64,000 nt of DNA from contig CAXXWC010000013.1 of NCBI GenBank assembly GCA_963668645.2, positions 64,001-128,000 on the forward strand, read 5' to 3'. Shown one piece after another: positions 39,233 through 49,328 of the stretch. This stretch comes from Desulfobacterales bacterium (GTDB lineage Bacteria > Desulfobacterota > Desulfobacteria > Desulfobacterales > UBA2174). The notes beneath the pieces were generated by a model. It did no database searches, was not told where the DNA came from, and saw nothing but the letters and a program-made list of their open reading frames with translations. Each line of letters opens with the position of its first letter. Positions within the stretch are counted from its first letter, which is position 1. The position numbers were made by a program, and so were the translations under genes.

Positions 39233-40453
39233 ATGCGCAGATTAATCGGAGTCGGTATTCTTGTTGTAGCGCTGGCATTGGGATCAACGGCATGGGCCAC
39301 GGACACTTGGCGAATCGGTGTCATTCTCCCCACAACCGGTGCCCTCTCTAAAAACGGCATGAAAAATCTTGCCGGTGTCAAGATCGCCACGGAAATGATC
39401 AATGATGCCGGCGGGGTCCTTGGCAAAAAAGTGGAGTTGATCAGTGCCGATGCACCTGACCCCCAGGCTGCCGCCAGTGAAGCCAATCGTTTGATCAACA
39501 ACGAAAACATCACCTGTATTATCGGCACCCAGGCCTCTTCGCTGTCCATGGCCGCCACGGTGGTCGCGGAAAAAAACAAGATTTTTTATCTGGAAAACGA
39601 GGGCGTGTCCGGGTTGATTACGGCCCGGGGCTTTAAATATTTAGTGCGGACCACCTTTTCCGGAAGCATGATGGCGGCCCAGATGGTGGATTACACGGCC
39701 AATGTGCTGGCCCCCAAAAAACTTGGCAAAAAAGCCAAGGACCTGCGTCTGGCCATCATCCACGAGGACGGCGGTTTCGGCACCTCCTCGGCCAAAGGGC
39801 TGGAAAAGCGGGCCAAAGAGTTGGGATTGAATGTTGTCTATGTCGAGTCTTATTCCGCCAAGACGGCCGATCTCTCGGGCCTGATTCTCAAGCTGAAACA
39901 GAAAAAACCGGATGTGGTCCTGGCGGCTCAATACATCAATGATTCTATCTTGTTTCACCGCCAGGCCAGGGAATACCGGTTTCACCCCATCGTTTTGGGG
40001 ACCACCGCGGGTCAGGGAAATCCCGACTTTTTCAAGGCCCTCGGCGAGGATGCCAACGGCGTATTGGCCGGTGGCATTCCCTCGGAGATATCCACCAAGG
40101 GGCTTGGCGCCGATCAGAAAAGCGACGCCGATGAGTTCGTGCTCCGCTACCAGAAAACCCACAAGGGCGAGTACCCCAACCCCACCTCATTCGTCGGCTT
40201 TGCCGGGGCCTGGATTCTTTATAAACACATCTTGCCGAAAGCCGGCAGCCTGGACCCGGAAAAACTACGTGAGGCGGCGGCTAGCCTGGATGTGAAACCC
40301 GGCGAAGGCGTTTTGAACTGGGGGATCAAATTTTCATCCGAAGCTAAGGATATGGGGCAGAATATCTACTCTTCGGCGGGTATCAACCAGTGGCAAGATG
40401 GCAAGATTCATCTCGTCTATCCCATCGAGGTCGCCTCGTCGGAACTGCAGTAA
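39233..40453 (+). CDS. Liv-type ABC substrate-binding protein
   Basis: Signal peptide; IGVILPTTG, INDAGGVLGK; AGGAGG RBS. Confidence 0.9.
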   Translation: MRRLIGVGILVVALALGSTAWATDTWRIGVILPTTGALSKNGMKNLAGVKIATEMINDAGGVLGKKVELISADAPDPQAAASEANRLINNENITCIIGTQASSLSMAATVVAEKNKIFYLENEGVSGLITARGFKYLVRTTFSGSMMAAQMVDYTANVLAPKKLGKKAKDLRLAIIHEDGGFGTSSAKGLEKRAKELGLNVVYVESYSAKTADLSGLILKLKQKKPDVVLAAQYINDSILFHRQAREYRFHPIVLGTTAGQGNPDFFKALGEDANGVLAGGIPSEISTKGLGADQKSDADEFVLRYQKTHKGEYPNPTSFVGFAGAWILYKHILPKAGSLDPEKLREAAASLDVKPGEGVLNWGIKFSSEAKDMGQNIYSSAGINQWQDGKIHLVYPIEVASSELQ

Positions 40454-40562
40454 CCTCGCTTGCCGGCATTTAAACGAAAAAGACGCTAAGGCACCGTGAA
40501 GTAAAGAAATTAACTTCCGGCTGCCTTGGCGTCTTGACGCAGGGTTTGCAAAGAAGTGTAAA

Positions 40563-41498
40563 ATGGATCTGACGATTTTCATACAATTGCTTATATCGGG
40601 GATCTTGTTGGGAGGCATCTATGCGCTTTCCTCCATCGGGTTGACTTTGATTTTCGGGGTGATGAAGATCGTCAACTTCGCTCATGGTGAATACTTGATG
40701 CTGGCCATGTACGCTACTTTCTGGCTTTTTACGCTGACCGGCCTCGATCCCTACTTGTCCATTTTTGTCGCAGGACCGATCCTGTTTGTGCTCGGCTGGA
40801 TTACGTATCGCTTTTTTGTCCGCCAGACCATCGGTCGATCCCACTTGGCCCAGATATTTGTAACCGTGGGGATCTCCACGGTGATACAAAATGCGGCCCT
40901 TCTTTTCTGGTCGGCCGATTTTCGGACCGTCAGCCTCGATTACGCCAAGGCTCCCATTATCATCGGCCCCTTTCCGGCTCTGGGCGTGGAAGAGTTAATC
41001 ATCAATCCGGCCAGGTTGATCGCTTTTGTTCTGGGCATAGCACTTGCCTTGGTTTTCTACCTGTTTATCCAAAAGAGTTATACCGGCAAGGTGATTCGTG
41101 CCACGGCCCAGGACCGTTCCACGGCGCTTTTAATGGGAGTCAATATCGACCGGGTGTTCATGCTGACATTCGCTATCGGTCTTTTGCTCGTGGGGGTGGC
41201 CGGGGCGCTGATGACGCCAATCTTTACGATCCATCCTTTTGTGGGCTTTGAGTTCGTGCTGGTCATGTTCGTGGTGGTGGTCCTGGGGGGAATGGGTAGC
41301 ATCACCGGAGCCATGATTGCCGGTATTTTTATCGGTGTTTTGGAAGTGTTCTCCAGTTACCTGATCAGTCCTGATTCCAAACAGGCGGTTTACTTTCTGG
41401 TATTTATAGCCGTATTGGTGGTCAAACCTTCGGGGCTGTTCGGGGTGAAGGGAGAAGAGGAGCTTGAGCGCATTGAAACGATTGACTTCAGTGAATGA
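40563..41498 (+). CDS. livH: Liv-type ABC permease
   Basis: GLTLIFGVMKIVNFAHGE, VVLGGMGS. Confidence 0.9.
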   Translation: MDLTIFIQLLISGILLGGIYALSSIGLTLIFGVMKIVNFAHGEYLMLAMYATFWLFTLTGLDPYLSIFVAGPILFVLGWITYRFFVRQTIGRSHLAQIFVTVGISTVIQNAALLFWSADFRTVSLDYAKAPIIIGPFPALGVEELIINPARLIAFVLGIALALVFYLFIQKSYTGKVIRATAQDRSTALLMGVNIDRVFMLTFAIGLLLVGVAGALMTPIFTIHPFVGFEFVLVMFVVVVLGGMGSITGAMIAGIFIGVLEVFSSYLISPDSKQAVYFLVFIAVLVVKPSGLFGVKGEEELERIETIDFSE

Positions 41499-42492
41499 TT
41501 TGCACTGGGTTTGGGTCGGGGCTGCCCTGGCGGCAATGACCTTGTGCCCATTGTTCATCAAAAATAATTTTTATCTGGACGGGTTTATTTTGGTCTTCAT
41601 GTGGGCCGCTTATGCCGGGGCCTGGAATATTCTCAGCGGATATGCCGGCATGACTTCGTTGGGACATAATGCCTTTTTTGGCATCGGTGCCTATACGTCT
41701 ACCCTCCTTTTTCTTCATTTCGGTTTGACACCCTGGTTGGGCATGTTGGCCGGTGGCCTGTTGGCCATGATTGTCGGCCTGCTGGTGGGGGTGATCTGCT
41801 TTCGCCTGCGGTCTCATTATTTTGCCTTGGCCACATTGGCTTTTGGTGAAGTCTGTTCGATTTTCGCCTTGAGCTGGCGTTCCCTTACCGGTGGTGCCGA
41901 GGGGTTGGCTTTGCCGATACAACCCAGCTTTCTAAATTACTCTTTTGACTCAAAGCTCCCTTATGTCTACATTTCATTGATCCTCTGCGTGGTGGTCACC
42001 GCCATTACCTACTACATCGAGAACTCCAAGCTGGGCTATTATCTCACCGCATTCAAAGGAAACGAAGATGCGGCCCGTGCCCTGGGCGTCAATACCGGCC
42101 GGGTGCGCCTGATCGCCATGGCGCTGAGTTCTTTTCTTTCCGCCGTTATCGGCACGTTTTACGCCCAATATGTGGTCTACATCGATCCTTCCAGTGTAAT
42201 CCGCCTGCCCTTGTCGGTCCAGGTGGCGCTGTTCGCTATCGTGGGTGGGGTGGGCACGGTCTTCGGCCCTTTTATCGGTGCGGTGATTTTTATCCCTATT
42301 ACCATCGCTCTCAGGGCCTGGCTGGGAACGTCCATTCCCGGGCTTTACATGATCATTTACGGCGTGATCCTCGTCGCCATTATGCTGTACATGCCCGATG
42401 GCATTTACGGTACTTTGAAAAAGCGCCGTGCCTCCAGAAATTACCGAGACGGTATCGGTTCGATTCAAGCGGAGGGAGGTGGCCATGCTTGA
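41491..42492 (+). CDS. livM: Liv-type ABC permease
   Basis: WNILSGYAGMTSLGH..FFGIGAY, GGVGTVFGP; start approximate. Confidence 0.9.
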   Translation: MNDLHWVWVGAALAAMTLCPLFIKNNFYLDGFILVFMWAAYAGAWNILSGYAGMTSLGHNAFFGIGAYTSTLLFLHFGLTPWLGMLAGGLLAMIVGLLVGVICFRLRSHYFALATLAFGEVCSIFALSWRSLTGGAEGLALPIQPSFLNYSFDSKLPYVYISLILCVVVTAITYYIENSKLGYYLTAFKGNEDAARALGVNTGRVRLIAMALSSFLSAVIGTFYAQYVVYIDPSSVIRLPLSVQVALFAIVGGVGTVFGPFIGAVIFIPITIALRAWLGTSIPGLYMIIYGVILVAIMLYMPDGIYGTLKKRRASRNYRDGIGSIQAEGGGHA

Positions 42493-43210
42493 AGTGCGGG
42501 ATATCAGCAAATGGTTTGGCGGCAATATCGTGCTCAGCGATGTCAGTTTCGATATCAACCCGGGTGAAATCGTGGGGCTGATCGGACCCAACGGCGCTGG
42601 CAAGACAACTTTGTTTAATGTGATTTCGGGTGTTTATCGATCCCGTACCGGACATGTCAAATTCAATGGCCGGGCCATCGATCGCCTAGCGCCCGAACAG
42701 GTGTGCAAACGCGGCTTATGCCGTACCTTCCAGACGACCAAGCCCTTCGGCGATATCACCGTTACCCAGAATGTGATGGTGGGCGCTTTGAACCGGACCG
42801 GCAGCCTCAAAACCGCCCGCAAGAAAGCCTTGGAGATTTTGGAATTCGTCGGGCTGGAAAAGAAACGCGACGCGTTGGGACGATCGTTGACCATCGCCGA
42901 TCGCAAGCGCCTGGAAATTGCCCGGGGACTGGCCACCCAACCCCAACTTTTGTTGTTGGACGAAGTGATGGCCGGGCTCAATCCCCAGGAATTGTCGGAA
43001 GTCAAAACCCTGATTGAAAACGTTCGCGATTCCGGGGTCACCTTGTTTGTCATCGAGCACATCATGGGCGTGATGATGTCCATTTCGGACCGCATCATTG
43101 TCTTAGACTACGGGAAGATGTTGTGCCAAGGGACTCCCGAGTCGATTTCCTGCGATCCCGATGTGATCAAAGCTTATCTGGGAGAAGAATATCTTGCTGT
43201 TAACGGTTGA
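42485..43210 (+). CDS. livG: Liv-type ABC ATPase
   Basis: GPNGAGKTT, RTFQ, LLLDE, V..AYLG. Confidence 0.92.
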   Translation: MLEVRDISKWFGGNIVLSDVSFDINPGEIVGLIGPNGAGKTTLFNVISGVYRSRTGHVKFNGRAIDRLAPEQVCKRGLCRTFQTTKPFGDITVTQNVMVGALNRTGSLKTARKKALEILEFVGLEKKRDALGRSLTIADRKRLEIARGLATQPQLLLLDEVMAGLNPQELSEVKTLIENVRDSGVTLFVIEHIMGVMMSISDRIIVLDYGKMLCQGTPESISCDPDVIKAYLGEEYLAVNG

Positions 43211-43901
43211 AAGGCTCAATGTTCATTACGGCGATGTACAAGTCCTTTTCGATGTCTCTTTCGAGGTGGCCGAAGGCGAACTGGTTTCCATGGTGGGAGC
43301 CAACTCGGCCGGCAAATCGACCCTTTTAAGATGCCTTTCCGGGCTGCTCAAAAAGGCGACCGGCTCCATCAAATTCGACGGCCAGGAGCTCATCGGCACC
43401 CCGGCCTACGATATTGTCAAGCATGGCATCATCCATATCCCGGAAGGGCGACGCGTTTTCCCTCTGATGAGCGTTGAAGAAAATCTGCAGATCGGCGGCT
43501 ATTCCAAGCGTAAAGACGGTGAGATGGCCGACTTGGTCGTGCGCGCCTACGACATGTTCCCCCGCCTCAAGGGGTGCCGCCACCAGATGGCCGGTTCCTT
43601 GAGCGGTGGCGAGCAGCAGATGCTGGCCATTGCCCGTGGCTTGATGGGCAAACCGCGGTTGTTGACCGTGGATGAGCCGTCTCTCGGGCTTTCACCCATC
43701 TTGGTGGACGATACTTTCAAGATCCTGGAGCGGATCAAATCCACAGGGGTGACCATTTTGCTGGTGGAGCAAAACGTGGTTCGTGCCCTTAAGATGTCAG
43801 ACCGGGCCTATGTTATTGAAAATGGGAGAATTGTAATGCAGGGCCAGGGTGCCGAGCTTCTTCAGGACGACCATTTGCGCAAGGCATATATAGGAATGTG
43901 A
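43194..43901 (+). CDS. livF: Liv-type ABC ATPase
   Basis: GANSAGKS, PEGRRVF, LSGGEQQMLAIAR. Confidence 0.92.
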   Translation: MLLTVERLNVHYGDVQVLFDVSFEVAEGELVSMVGANSAGKSTLLRCLSGLLKKATGSIKFDGQELIGTPAYDIVKHGIIHIPEGRRVFPLMSVEENLQIGGYSKRKDGEMADLVVRAYDMFPRLKGCRHQMAGSLSGGEQQMLAIARGLMGKPRLLTVDEPSLGLSPILVDDTFKILERIKSTGVTILLVEQNVVRALKMSDRAYVIENGRIVMQGQGAELLQDDHLRKAYIGM

Positions 43902-43903
43902 GG

Positions 43904-45295
43904 ATGATCATTTTATTGGCAATAGATCTCGTTCTGATGGCGATAACGGCATACTTCGTCGTCGAGTCCGTAAAAGAGCAGGAACCCCGGGCACCGAAAG
44001 TCGGGTTATGGCTATTGGGTGTCTTAGCCGTATTGGCCCTTGCAATCCTTTTTGTCCCGACGCTGCGATTCTGGATCGCATTGGGCATGGGCCTGATGGC
44101 GGTGCTGGGTGCCATCTTGCTGATTCCGGGCAAGGGCAATCCAGGGGCCCGGGCAGGCGCAGACGGCCAGGTCGTCGGCCAGGTGGAGCGGTTTGACGAG
44201 CGGGACCATGTGTTTGCCCGCAACCGGTGCTTGCCCGAAGGTTCGGAGGTCTATCACCGATACTACAGCAAGTATCCTGACCGTGAAGCCCCCGACGCCC
44301 AGCGCCGGGCCAGGGGCGGCAATGTCGGCCGTCCCGGGAATATTGACTCCGGCTATCAACCCAACGTAGCCATGATGGGAGCCGCTTTTGGTATCCCACC
44401 GCTGTTTGGCCCCCGCGCCTACCCTGAACCGGTGAAGACCAAAGCGGATCTATCCCCCGGCCGGGCTACCGAAATTGTCAAAGGCTGGGCTTACCATTTA
44501 GGCGCCGATCTGGTGGGCGTGTGCCGTACCGCCCCTCGTTGGACATACTCCCACCGCGGGGAGATCTTTTATGAAAATTGGGAAGACTCGGGGCAGGCAT
44601 TGCCGGATCCGCTGCCTTTTGCCCTGGTTTTCGCCGTGGAGATGGACCACGCCAATATTGCCGCTGCACCCCATACCCCCACGGTGGTGGAGTCGGCCAC
44701 CAGCTATTCGAAAGGCGCCTGTATCTCCACCATCCTGGCGGACACGATCAGCGGCATGGGCTACCGCGCCGTGGCCGAGCACTCGCGCAATTACAACTCG
44801 CTCAGCGTCCCCATGGCCGTAAACGCTGGCTTGGGGGAAATGGGCCGCCTGGGCTATTTGATTGCCCCCAAATACGGCCCGCGGATACGAATTTTCGTCG
44901 TCACCACGGACCTTGAGCTGGTCCCCGACCAGCCCCTGGATTTAGGGGTTGCGGCCTTTTGCAAGCGTTGTAAGAAGTGTGCCGAATCCTGTCCTTCCAA
45001 ATCGCTGCCGCTGGGCGAGAAGGTGGTCATCAGGGGCGTGCGCAAATGGCAGATGGACGCCGAATCCTGCTATGCCTACTGGGCCAAGGCGGGTACCGAT
45101 TGCTCGGTATGCATGGCGGTCTGCCCCTTTGCCCGCCCCGATACGCTTCTCCATCGTTTGACCCGCCGGCTTATTGCCCATTCGGACATTGCCCGTTCTT
45201 TGCTTCCCCCTATCGACAATTTTATCTACGGCCGCCATTGGCACCCGCGAAAAGCGCCGGATTGGATCGATTATCCCAAGCCCGCGGATAAATAG
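43904..45295 (+). CDS. Reductive dehalogenase-like (RdhA/QueG family) Fe-S protein with 3 N-terminal TM helices
   Basis: DERD..FAR, LGADLVG, AGLGEMGR, PKYGPR, CKRCKKCAESCP, CSVCMAVCP; no Tat RR motif. Confidence 0.85.
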   Translation: MIILLAIDLVLMAITAYFVVESVKEQEPRAPKVGLWLLGVLAVLALAILFVPTLRFWIALGMGLMAVLGAILLIPGKGNPGARAGADGQVVGQVERFDERDHVFARNRCLPEGSEVYHRYYSKYPDREAPDAQRRARGGNVGRPGNIDSGYQPNVAMMGAAFGIPPLFGPRAYPEPVKTKADLSPGRATEIVKGWAYHLGADLVGVCRTAPRWTYSHRGEIFYENWEDSGQALPDPLPFALVFAVEMDHANIAAAPHTPTVVESATSYSKGACISTILADTISGMGYRAVAEHSRNYNSLSVPMAVNAGLGEMGRLGYLIAPKYGPRIRIFVVTTDLELVPDQPLDLGVAAFCKRCKKCAESCPSKSLPLGEKVVIRGVRKWQMDAESCYAYWAKAGTDCSVCMAVCPFARPDTLLHRLTRRLIAHSDIARSLLPPIDNFIYGRHWHPRKAPDWIDYPKPADK

Positions 45296-46115
45296 CGATT
45301 TTTTACCAGTTCCGATGTAGACGCCCGGTCCCCGCAGGACCGGGCTAGAGATAAACAGGCCTGAAGAGGCAATGGTGTCGTTTTCTGCCCGATCTGTCGG
45401 AAGTTTTCGAACAGGCAGGTAGAGTAGTTCATAAACTGGCGCAGCCCGACAATCATGAATGATGTCGATTCTTCGCAAATCGGCTGGCGGCGGTTTGCAG
45501 ATAAGCTCGCAACACGTCAATCGATCAATCGATTTTTGTTCTTTTGATTTATCGATATCCGGCAGGCCTTCCTGTGGCACGTTTTAAAGAGAATACTGGT
45601 AATTCTTAAAAGCGGTCTTCTCTGGTTTTCAGCCAAATATTACCTGTTTCAGCAACCGGATCACTTCTTCCAGAGAGTCAATCCAGTCCTTGGGGCAGAG
45701 GAAAACCCCCGAAGGTAATCGGTCATTGCCTTCGAAGGTCATCTGTGACATTTTTTATGCCCGTTGAGAAGATGCACGTCGCCGAACGCTTGACCGGGCT
45801 GTCACATCGCCGGATGCCGGTTGATCAAGACATGCTGGCCAGCGAGATGTACCGTCGTGGGCATGAGGGGCGGAATGCGAATGATTTTCATGCCTGGGAC
45901 CGGCGCGACGGTGACACGTTGGTCAAGAGCCGGCACGAGAGGCCGGGCTGCCAGGCCAGGGGCGCGGCAAATATCCAAAAAGAGGTGGCGGAAACCCTGA
46001 CCGGGGATGCTGCTGCATCTGGATGGCAGCAGAAATCAAGGGGGTGCCGGCAATTAGTATTTATCTTTAATGATGGTTTTACCAACCCATGATGTGAGGC
46101 TAAAAATCAGGCATT

Positions 46116-46985
46116 ATGAAAGTCTACCAATCAATAGATGATAGCGTCACATTTTACACTTTGGCTGAAGAGGCTTTAAATGGAATTCTGATTGTGAGTC
46201 AAGATGCGATTCATTACACAAACCGCGCGTTTGAGGAAATCACCGGCTATAGTCGATCTGACGTTTTAAAAATGTCTCCATGGGATATGGTTCATCCGGA
46301 CGAACGATTGAAAGTCCGTGCTATGGGTTTGAACCGGCTGGAAAGAAGAGACACAAAGGACTATTATGAAACGCAGTGGATTCATAAGAGCGGCCGTAAA
46401 ATTTGGGTCGAAGTTCGAGCCTCCCTGCTGGAAAACACCAATCCACTAAAAATTCTCGTTAATATTATTGATATCAGTGAGCGGATAAAGACCACAAACG
46501 CGCTGAAACAGAGGGAGAATGCCATTGTAGCTCAGTCGAAGAAACTGGAAGAAACCAATACTGCTTTTAAGGTAATATTGCAACAGCGAAACATAGATTT
46601 AGACACTGTAGGGAAAAATATTCGTTTCAATATGGAAAAACTAATTATGCCCTATTTGGATGAACTTTTCACTTACCAGTCAAATCCAAAATGTAAGGCG
46701 CTTATACAGGCAGTAAAAGAGAATTTGAAAGAAATCACAGCCCCCCATGTTCGAAAAATGTCGACTCAGTACGAAAGACTCTCGCCTAAGGAGATAGAAG
46801 TCATTAACTTGATTCGGCAAGGAAAAAGATCAAAAGATATTGCTGAAATTATGGGTGTCAGCAAAGCAGCTATTGATTTTCACAGGAACAATATTCGAAA
46901 AAAACTTCACTTGCAGAATAAAAAAGTAAACCTTAGAACTTATCTTGACCTGAAAGTACCACCGTCTGTGGACTCCAAAGATTAG
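46116..46985 (+). CDS. PAS + LuxR-HTH transcriptional regulator
   Basis: N.AFEEITGYS, VHPDER PAS; LSPKEIEV...HRNNIRKKL. Confidence 0.92.
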   Translation: MKVYQSIDDSVTFYTLAEEALNGILIVSQDAIHYTNRAFEEITGYSRSDVLKMSPWDMVHPDERLKVRAMGLNRLERRDTKDYYETQWIHKSGRKIWVEVRASLLENTNPLKILVNIIDISERIKTTNALKQRENAIVAQSKKLEETNTAFKVILQQRNIDLDTVGKNIRFNMEKLIMPYLDELFTYQSNPKCKALIQAVKENLKEITAPHVRKMSTQYERLSPKEIEVINLIRQGKRSKDIAEIMGVSKAAIDFHRNNIRKKLHLQNKKVNLRTYLDLKVPPSVDSKD

Positions 46986-47284
46986 ACGGTCTGATAGGGA
47001 GGGTATGGCCACATGGCGCTGAATAAATGCTTGCCCGTTCATCCCCGAAAAATGAATTAGTCAACAGATCTCTCTTTTTCAATTGGTTGGGCGGTATCCC
47101 CCGCTTTGACAGGCCAGGCTGTCATAGTTGAAATATCGACTGCTCCGCAAATTGGCAATGGGTGGTGGCCGTCTTTCCATCCAGAAGTCCGGTTTCCGCC
47201 CGAACGAATACGCCAGAGCATATGGTTGCGATATGAGAATCGTCGAGGTCGCAAGTTGTAGAATCGCCCAAGCCGGACGATCAC

Positions 47285-47475
47285 CTGCTGGCGCGGATCT
47301 TATCCCGGGAAAACATGCTTCACGTATGGAAACAGGTCAAGGCCAACAAGGGCGATGCCGGGATCGACGGGGTGTCGAGCGAACATTTTCTTGATCTTGC
47401 CTGCACGGGGCTGCCGGAGTTGTCGAATCATTCGGTGGTGCGGGGAGCTGCTTTGGAAACTTCCCCATAGCCCAG
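47285..47475 (+). mobile_element. Group II intron remnant (RT N-terminus fused to a degenerate 3' end)
   Basis: Translates LLARILSRENMLHVWKQVKANKGDAGIDG, then a GGTGGTG... domain V/VI-like end. Confidence 0.75.
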
Positions 47476-47484
47476 GCTAATCCG

Positions 47485-47576
47485 TTTTAGATTCAAAAAC
47501 GCGAATATCGGATCGGTTTAGGGCCATTTATATCTCCAACCTTCTTGATTTATAATTTTTTTGATGGCCCGACCCC
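47485..47576. repeat. ~92-bp dispersed repeat, copy 1
   Basis: TTTTAG..CAAAAACGCG..TAGGGCCA..TTGATTTAT..CGACCCC, also at 49202-49293 and 56546-56637. Confidence 0.85.
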
Positions 47577-48953
47577 CAGAACCCTATCGAGCCAACGGCA
47601 CCATGTTTTGAATTTGGCGTTCAAATAGCCACCCTGTTTCCCGATCGGAATTATCTCTCTGACATCCGGTGCTGGAAGATCTTCCTGCAAGGCATTTGCA
47701 GCTGCTCCCCACAAACTGGTCTCCTTTTCTTCACACAAAACCACCCTCAATCCGCTACATGCGGCCAACCCCTGCACTACAAAAGGTTCGGCTGACAGGC
47801 CTCCTGAAACAATCAGGCTGGAAAAGTCCGTGTGCTGCTGAAAGTCCAGGGCTATGCGGCAGACCCGAAAAATGATGCCCTCCATCACCGCCCGGCGAAG
47901 CAACTCATCGGGAAGATCATCGGTCTGCTGCGAAAAAATCAGATTCCGGTTGGACTGCCAGTAGGGTGCGCCGATACCGGCATTGTCCGGCAGGCAGAAC
48001 AACTCCGGAGCGGGATCGTGATCGGACAGGTCCGGCGACGGACCGGCATAGCGGGCCAGGGCAGGACCGATGGCATTGATGGTGCCTTCGAGGGCATATA
48101 AAATGTCGCCCCGAGGATTTCGGGAAACCGGGGCGCTCAGGTATCCTCTGGCGTGTGCAAACGTTGACCCTGTGGAAACCATCACAAAGCCACCTGTGCC
48201 CAGATTCAAAGCCATGGCCTTGGATTTCGCAGCTTGCGCGGTAATCAGGCTGGCTGCCTGATCCGCGCAGGATGCAGCCAACCGGCCGCCCCCCGAGAGT
48301 GAAATTGTCAGTCCGTGTGAAGAGACGATGGCCGGCAACAGGGAGGGCGGGATTCCATAAAATTTTAGAAGGGATGGATCCCAGCGCCCGCAACGGGCAT
48401 CCATCATCGCAGTGCGCGCGGCCATGCTGATATCGGTCTGATGGACATGCCCCTGGGTAAGCCGCCAGATAACGTAGGTGTCCAGGGTGCCGAAACAGAG
48501 TTCGCCTCTATGGGCTGCATCTTTCATCTCAACATCGGCGGACAGCAGCAGGGCCAGCTTGGGACCAACGTAATGGGGAGAGAGCGGCAATCCGGTACGT
48601 GCCGCCAGTGGTTCGTAAGCACTTAGATGGCGAACGCACCAATCAGCCGGCCGGCGGTCCTGCCAGGATATCATTGGAGTGACAGGACGTCCCGAGGATC
48701 TCTCCCACAACAGGAAGGATGACCGCTGGGAACTCAATCCCACGGGCACATCACGACTGCACCCGGTCATGATCTGTTCCAAGAGGGTTTCGGCTCTCTT
48801 TACGTAATCTTCGGCATCACATTGCCTAATCGGATCGTCTCCTTCCAGAGCGGGAGTATCAACACCAATCAAATTTGTCAGGCGACCTTCGGACCCAAGA
48901 TGGGCTGCTTTGATTCGCGTACTGCCCAGATCTAATCCAATTCCCATAGCCAT
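47550..48953 (-). CDS. FGGY-family carbohydrate kinase (glycerol kinase-like)
   Basis: GLDLGSTRIK, SQRSS, SWQDRR, ADQAA, GIGAPYW, VSGG. Confidence 0.88.
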   Translation of the reverse strand: MAMGIGLDLGSTRIKAAHLGSEGRLTNLIGVDTPALEGDDPIRQCDAEDYVKRAETLLEQIMTGCSRDVPVGLSSQRSSFLLWERSSGRPVTPMISWQDRRPADWCVRHLSAYEPLAARTGLPLSPHYVGPKLALLLSADVEMKDAAHRGELCFGTLDTYVIWRLTQGHVHQTDISMAARTAMMDARCGRWDPSLLKFYGIPPSLLPAIVSSHGLTISLSGGGRLAASCADQAASLITAQAAKSKAMALNLGTGGFVMVSTGSTFAHARGYLSAPVSRNPRGDILYALEGTINAIGPALARYAGPSPDLSDHDPAPELFCLPDNAGIGAPYWQSNRNLIFSQQTDDLPDELLRRAVMEGIIFRVCRIALDFQQHTDFSSLIVSGGLSAEPFVVQGLAACSGLRVVLCEEKETSLWGAAANALQEDLPAPDVREIIPIGKQGGYLNAKFKTWCRWLDRVLGVGPSKKL

Positions 48954-48995
48954 AATCAATAAACCCCTTTATGTCTTAATCTTTGGAAAGGGCAT

Positions 48996-49188
48996 ATGCT
49001 GGTGCGGATCTTATCCCGGGGAAACATGCTTCGCGCATGGAAACGGGTCGAAGCCAACGGAGGAGATGCCGATGTCGACGGGGCGGTGTCGATCGAACAG
49101 TTTCCGGATGTTGCCCGCACGGGGCTGCTGGAGTTGTCGAATCTTTTGGTGGTGTAGGAAGTTGGAGAAAATCTCCCTCTTACCCGAG
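48996..49188 (+). mobile_element. Group II intron remnant (second copy of the RT0 + 3' end fusion)
   Basis: Direct repeat of 47285-47475; ends GGAGAAAATCTCCCTCTTACCCGA. Confidence 0.78.
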
Positions 49189-49201
49189 ATGAAATCATCC
49201 A

Positions 49202-49293
49202 TTTTAGATTCAAAAACGCGAGTATCGGGTCGTTTTAGGGCCATTATTTTCTCTAACATTATTGATTTATAATTCTTTTCATGGTTCGACCCC
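49202..49293. repeat. ~92-bp dispersed repeat, copy 2
   Basis: Aligns to 47485-47576 and 56546-56637. Confidence 0.85.
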
Positions 49294-49328
49294 ATGATCC
49301 CATGCTACAGCATTTGCCTTGTTAGCCT

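Noticed and set aside
45300..46100. Short ORFs or gene debris between the RdhA-like and LuxR genes
   Set aside because: No continuous frame or recognisable family
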